This document shows positions 62,397 through 64,000 of a stretch of DNA of 64,000 bases, piece by piece. Position 1 is the first letter of the stretch, and the number at the start of each line of letters is the position of its first letter. The translations under genes were made by a program, and so were the position numbers. Source of the DNA: Lytechinus pictus (Eukaryota); NCBI RefSeq assembly GCF_037042905.1, contig NC_087251.1:12464001-12528000 (forward strand), read 5' to 3'. The notes below the pieces were generated by a model. The model ran no database searches, was not told where the DNA came from, and saw only the letters and a program-made list of their open reading frames with translations.

Positions 62397-63927
62397 CTGA
62401 AGGAAAACACGCCACGGCTAATTTTTTGTACACAGACACTTCATATGAATCTGATCAAATGTACAAAAAAAAAATTCAAAATCACATTTATTTTCTTATG
62501 TATTTTATTGTTTTCTAAATTTCTTTGTTTTTCGACTTTGTTTTTTCAATGGAAATTGTCGGGGACTTTATTTTTACCATAAATGAGATGGAATTAATTG
62601 ATTTCAATCAGTAAAAGGAAAAATAATGATATATTTATGAATTTTGGCTAAAAACACTATTTGCATTGGATTTGTACACAAATTCACATTTTTGTGCAAT
62701 TTTGGGTCTGCATGCACTTACGAAATGTTGTGTAATTTCGGAACCACGTACCCGGGGGTCGCAAATTTGGTCTCAAAATTTGCGCGAGACTTGAATGTAA
62801 AAAGTCAGTGAGCCACGCGGTCAAAAAATTTCGCGCGGCGGATTTATCACGAAAAATGTCGAGGGGGGGGGGGCTGAATCAGCCCCCCCAGTCTTCTTAG
62901 GGTTAAAGCTACTGAGCAATTTTGTCGAAAAGATTATTCAATTTTATTATTGTAGCTTTAAACTTCCTTCAAAGCCGTGCTTTGAATGGCTTTTGTAAGC
63001 CCATCTAAAGCTTTGGTAAAGGGTCAGAAATGTACTGAATAATCATCTAACATTCCAATATTACTAAAGTGTAGTGGTCATTGGATGTTTTTTCAGCCAT
63101 CAGAGTTCTAACTTGGCATTTTTTTTTCACTGTTTGGAATCAAGTGCCCTCAGTCTGTAATGTTTTTTTTTTCATTTAAAATTATCCCTTTGAACACTTA
63201 CTTTACAAATTTAGTTTGGATATTGGAAGCTTCATTAATAGCAGAGCTGATATTGATTGGAAGGTTTGTGTATTAAGTTTAAGTGGGTAAAATTCAACTC
63301 CATTTGTTTTTAGTTCAGATAATCATTCATTCCTATGAGATATATATAATCTTCTTTTATATTTGCTGATGATACTCTTTTGTTTTACAAGTTCATCTGT
63401 ATTCAACTTAAGAATATGTTAACCTTGCAGATTGGATTTCATATAATCCTCTCAAAGACAGATTTTTATAAGTAAATCTTTAATCTTATTATCAAAGATA
63501 GGATTAATGTAAAGACCAATGCATGCAATATGATGTCTTTGTGATTTAAAAAAAAAATGTAATGGCATGAGTACTTTTATTGAAGTTACAGACTATTTGG
63601 AGCCTCCCTGTAGAAACAAAAGTGAAATCAATTCCAAATCATAGATATGTCATAGCCATCTTGTCGTAGGCTTGGATTTGAAGCCAATTTACCCCCACCA
63701 TAAGGCTTGCGGTAAAGCACAATTTTAATTTACTGTTCCTGGGATTATTCTGAACTGTAATTATGTTGATTTTACTGTACAGTTGCAAATTTGATGCAAA
63801 ATGAGATTTGTAGCCTACATAGTCAGGTTGCAATCGGATCATATAGCGAGCTGTGAGCTTAATTCGTCAATCTCACCATGCTATCTTTCTTTCCCCGCAT
63901 CCATGTTTCCACCTATTCTTGATTCAG

Positions 63928-64000
63928 GGTGCCCTGAAGGAGGTGATCTCAAGGAATTCCTTCTATGCTAGTGAGATTGATATCTTCAGAGCTGTTCAGA
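63928..64000 (+). CDS. BTBD9: BTBD9 coding exon 5 (runs off the window)
   Basis: ttcag| GALKEVISRNSFYASEIDIFRAVQ..., matching the BACK-domain segment ALxxxxxRDSFxAxExDIF. Confidence 0.92.

Overview
AT-rich, intron-rich animal genomic DNA. The repeat families resemble those of sea urchins, which is an inference. The window holds two + strand spliced genes. The first is a complete 10-exon L2HGDH (L-2-hydroxyglutarate dehydrogenase, CDS 7288-27012, 1395 nt, 464 aa by my exon reconstruction). The second is the 5' part of BTBD9 (coding exons from 38634 to the window end). Introns and intergenic DNA are packed with non-autonomous DNA transposons (Kolobok-, hAT-, MULE-, Harbinger-, Tc1- and Helentron/HINE-like), SINEs and truncated LINEs. 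The most striking feature is a very young Penelope-like retroelement (PLE) in L2HGDH intron 6 (20535-23648). It consists of an inverted copy of the element's 3' end fused to a 5'-truncated forward copy. The forward copy has an open RT but a doubly disabled GIY-YIG endonuclease, while the inverted copy carries the intact, start-less endonuclease. Each arm ends in an outward-facing TATA/Inr promoter and a minimal type I hammerhead ribozyme, and an identical 66-bp 3' tip of the element sits 34 kb away. Other notable patterns are a strong regional excess of the palindrome TACATGTA (candidate transposon excision footprints) and repeated tandem duplications of exon edges. PLE hammerheads and inverted pLTRs are known phenomena, so I do not claim a wholly new system. 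All coordinates were read by eye.
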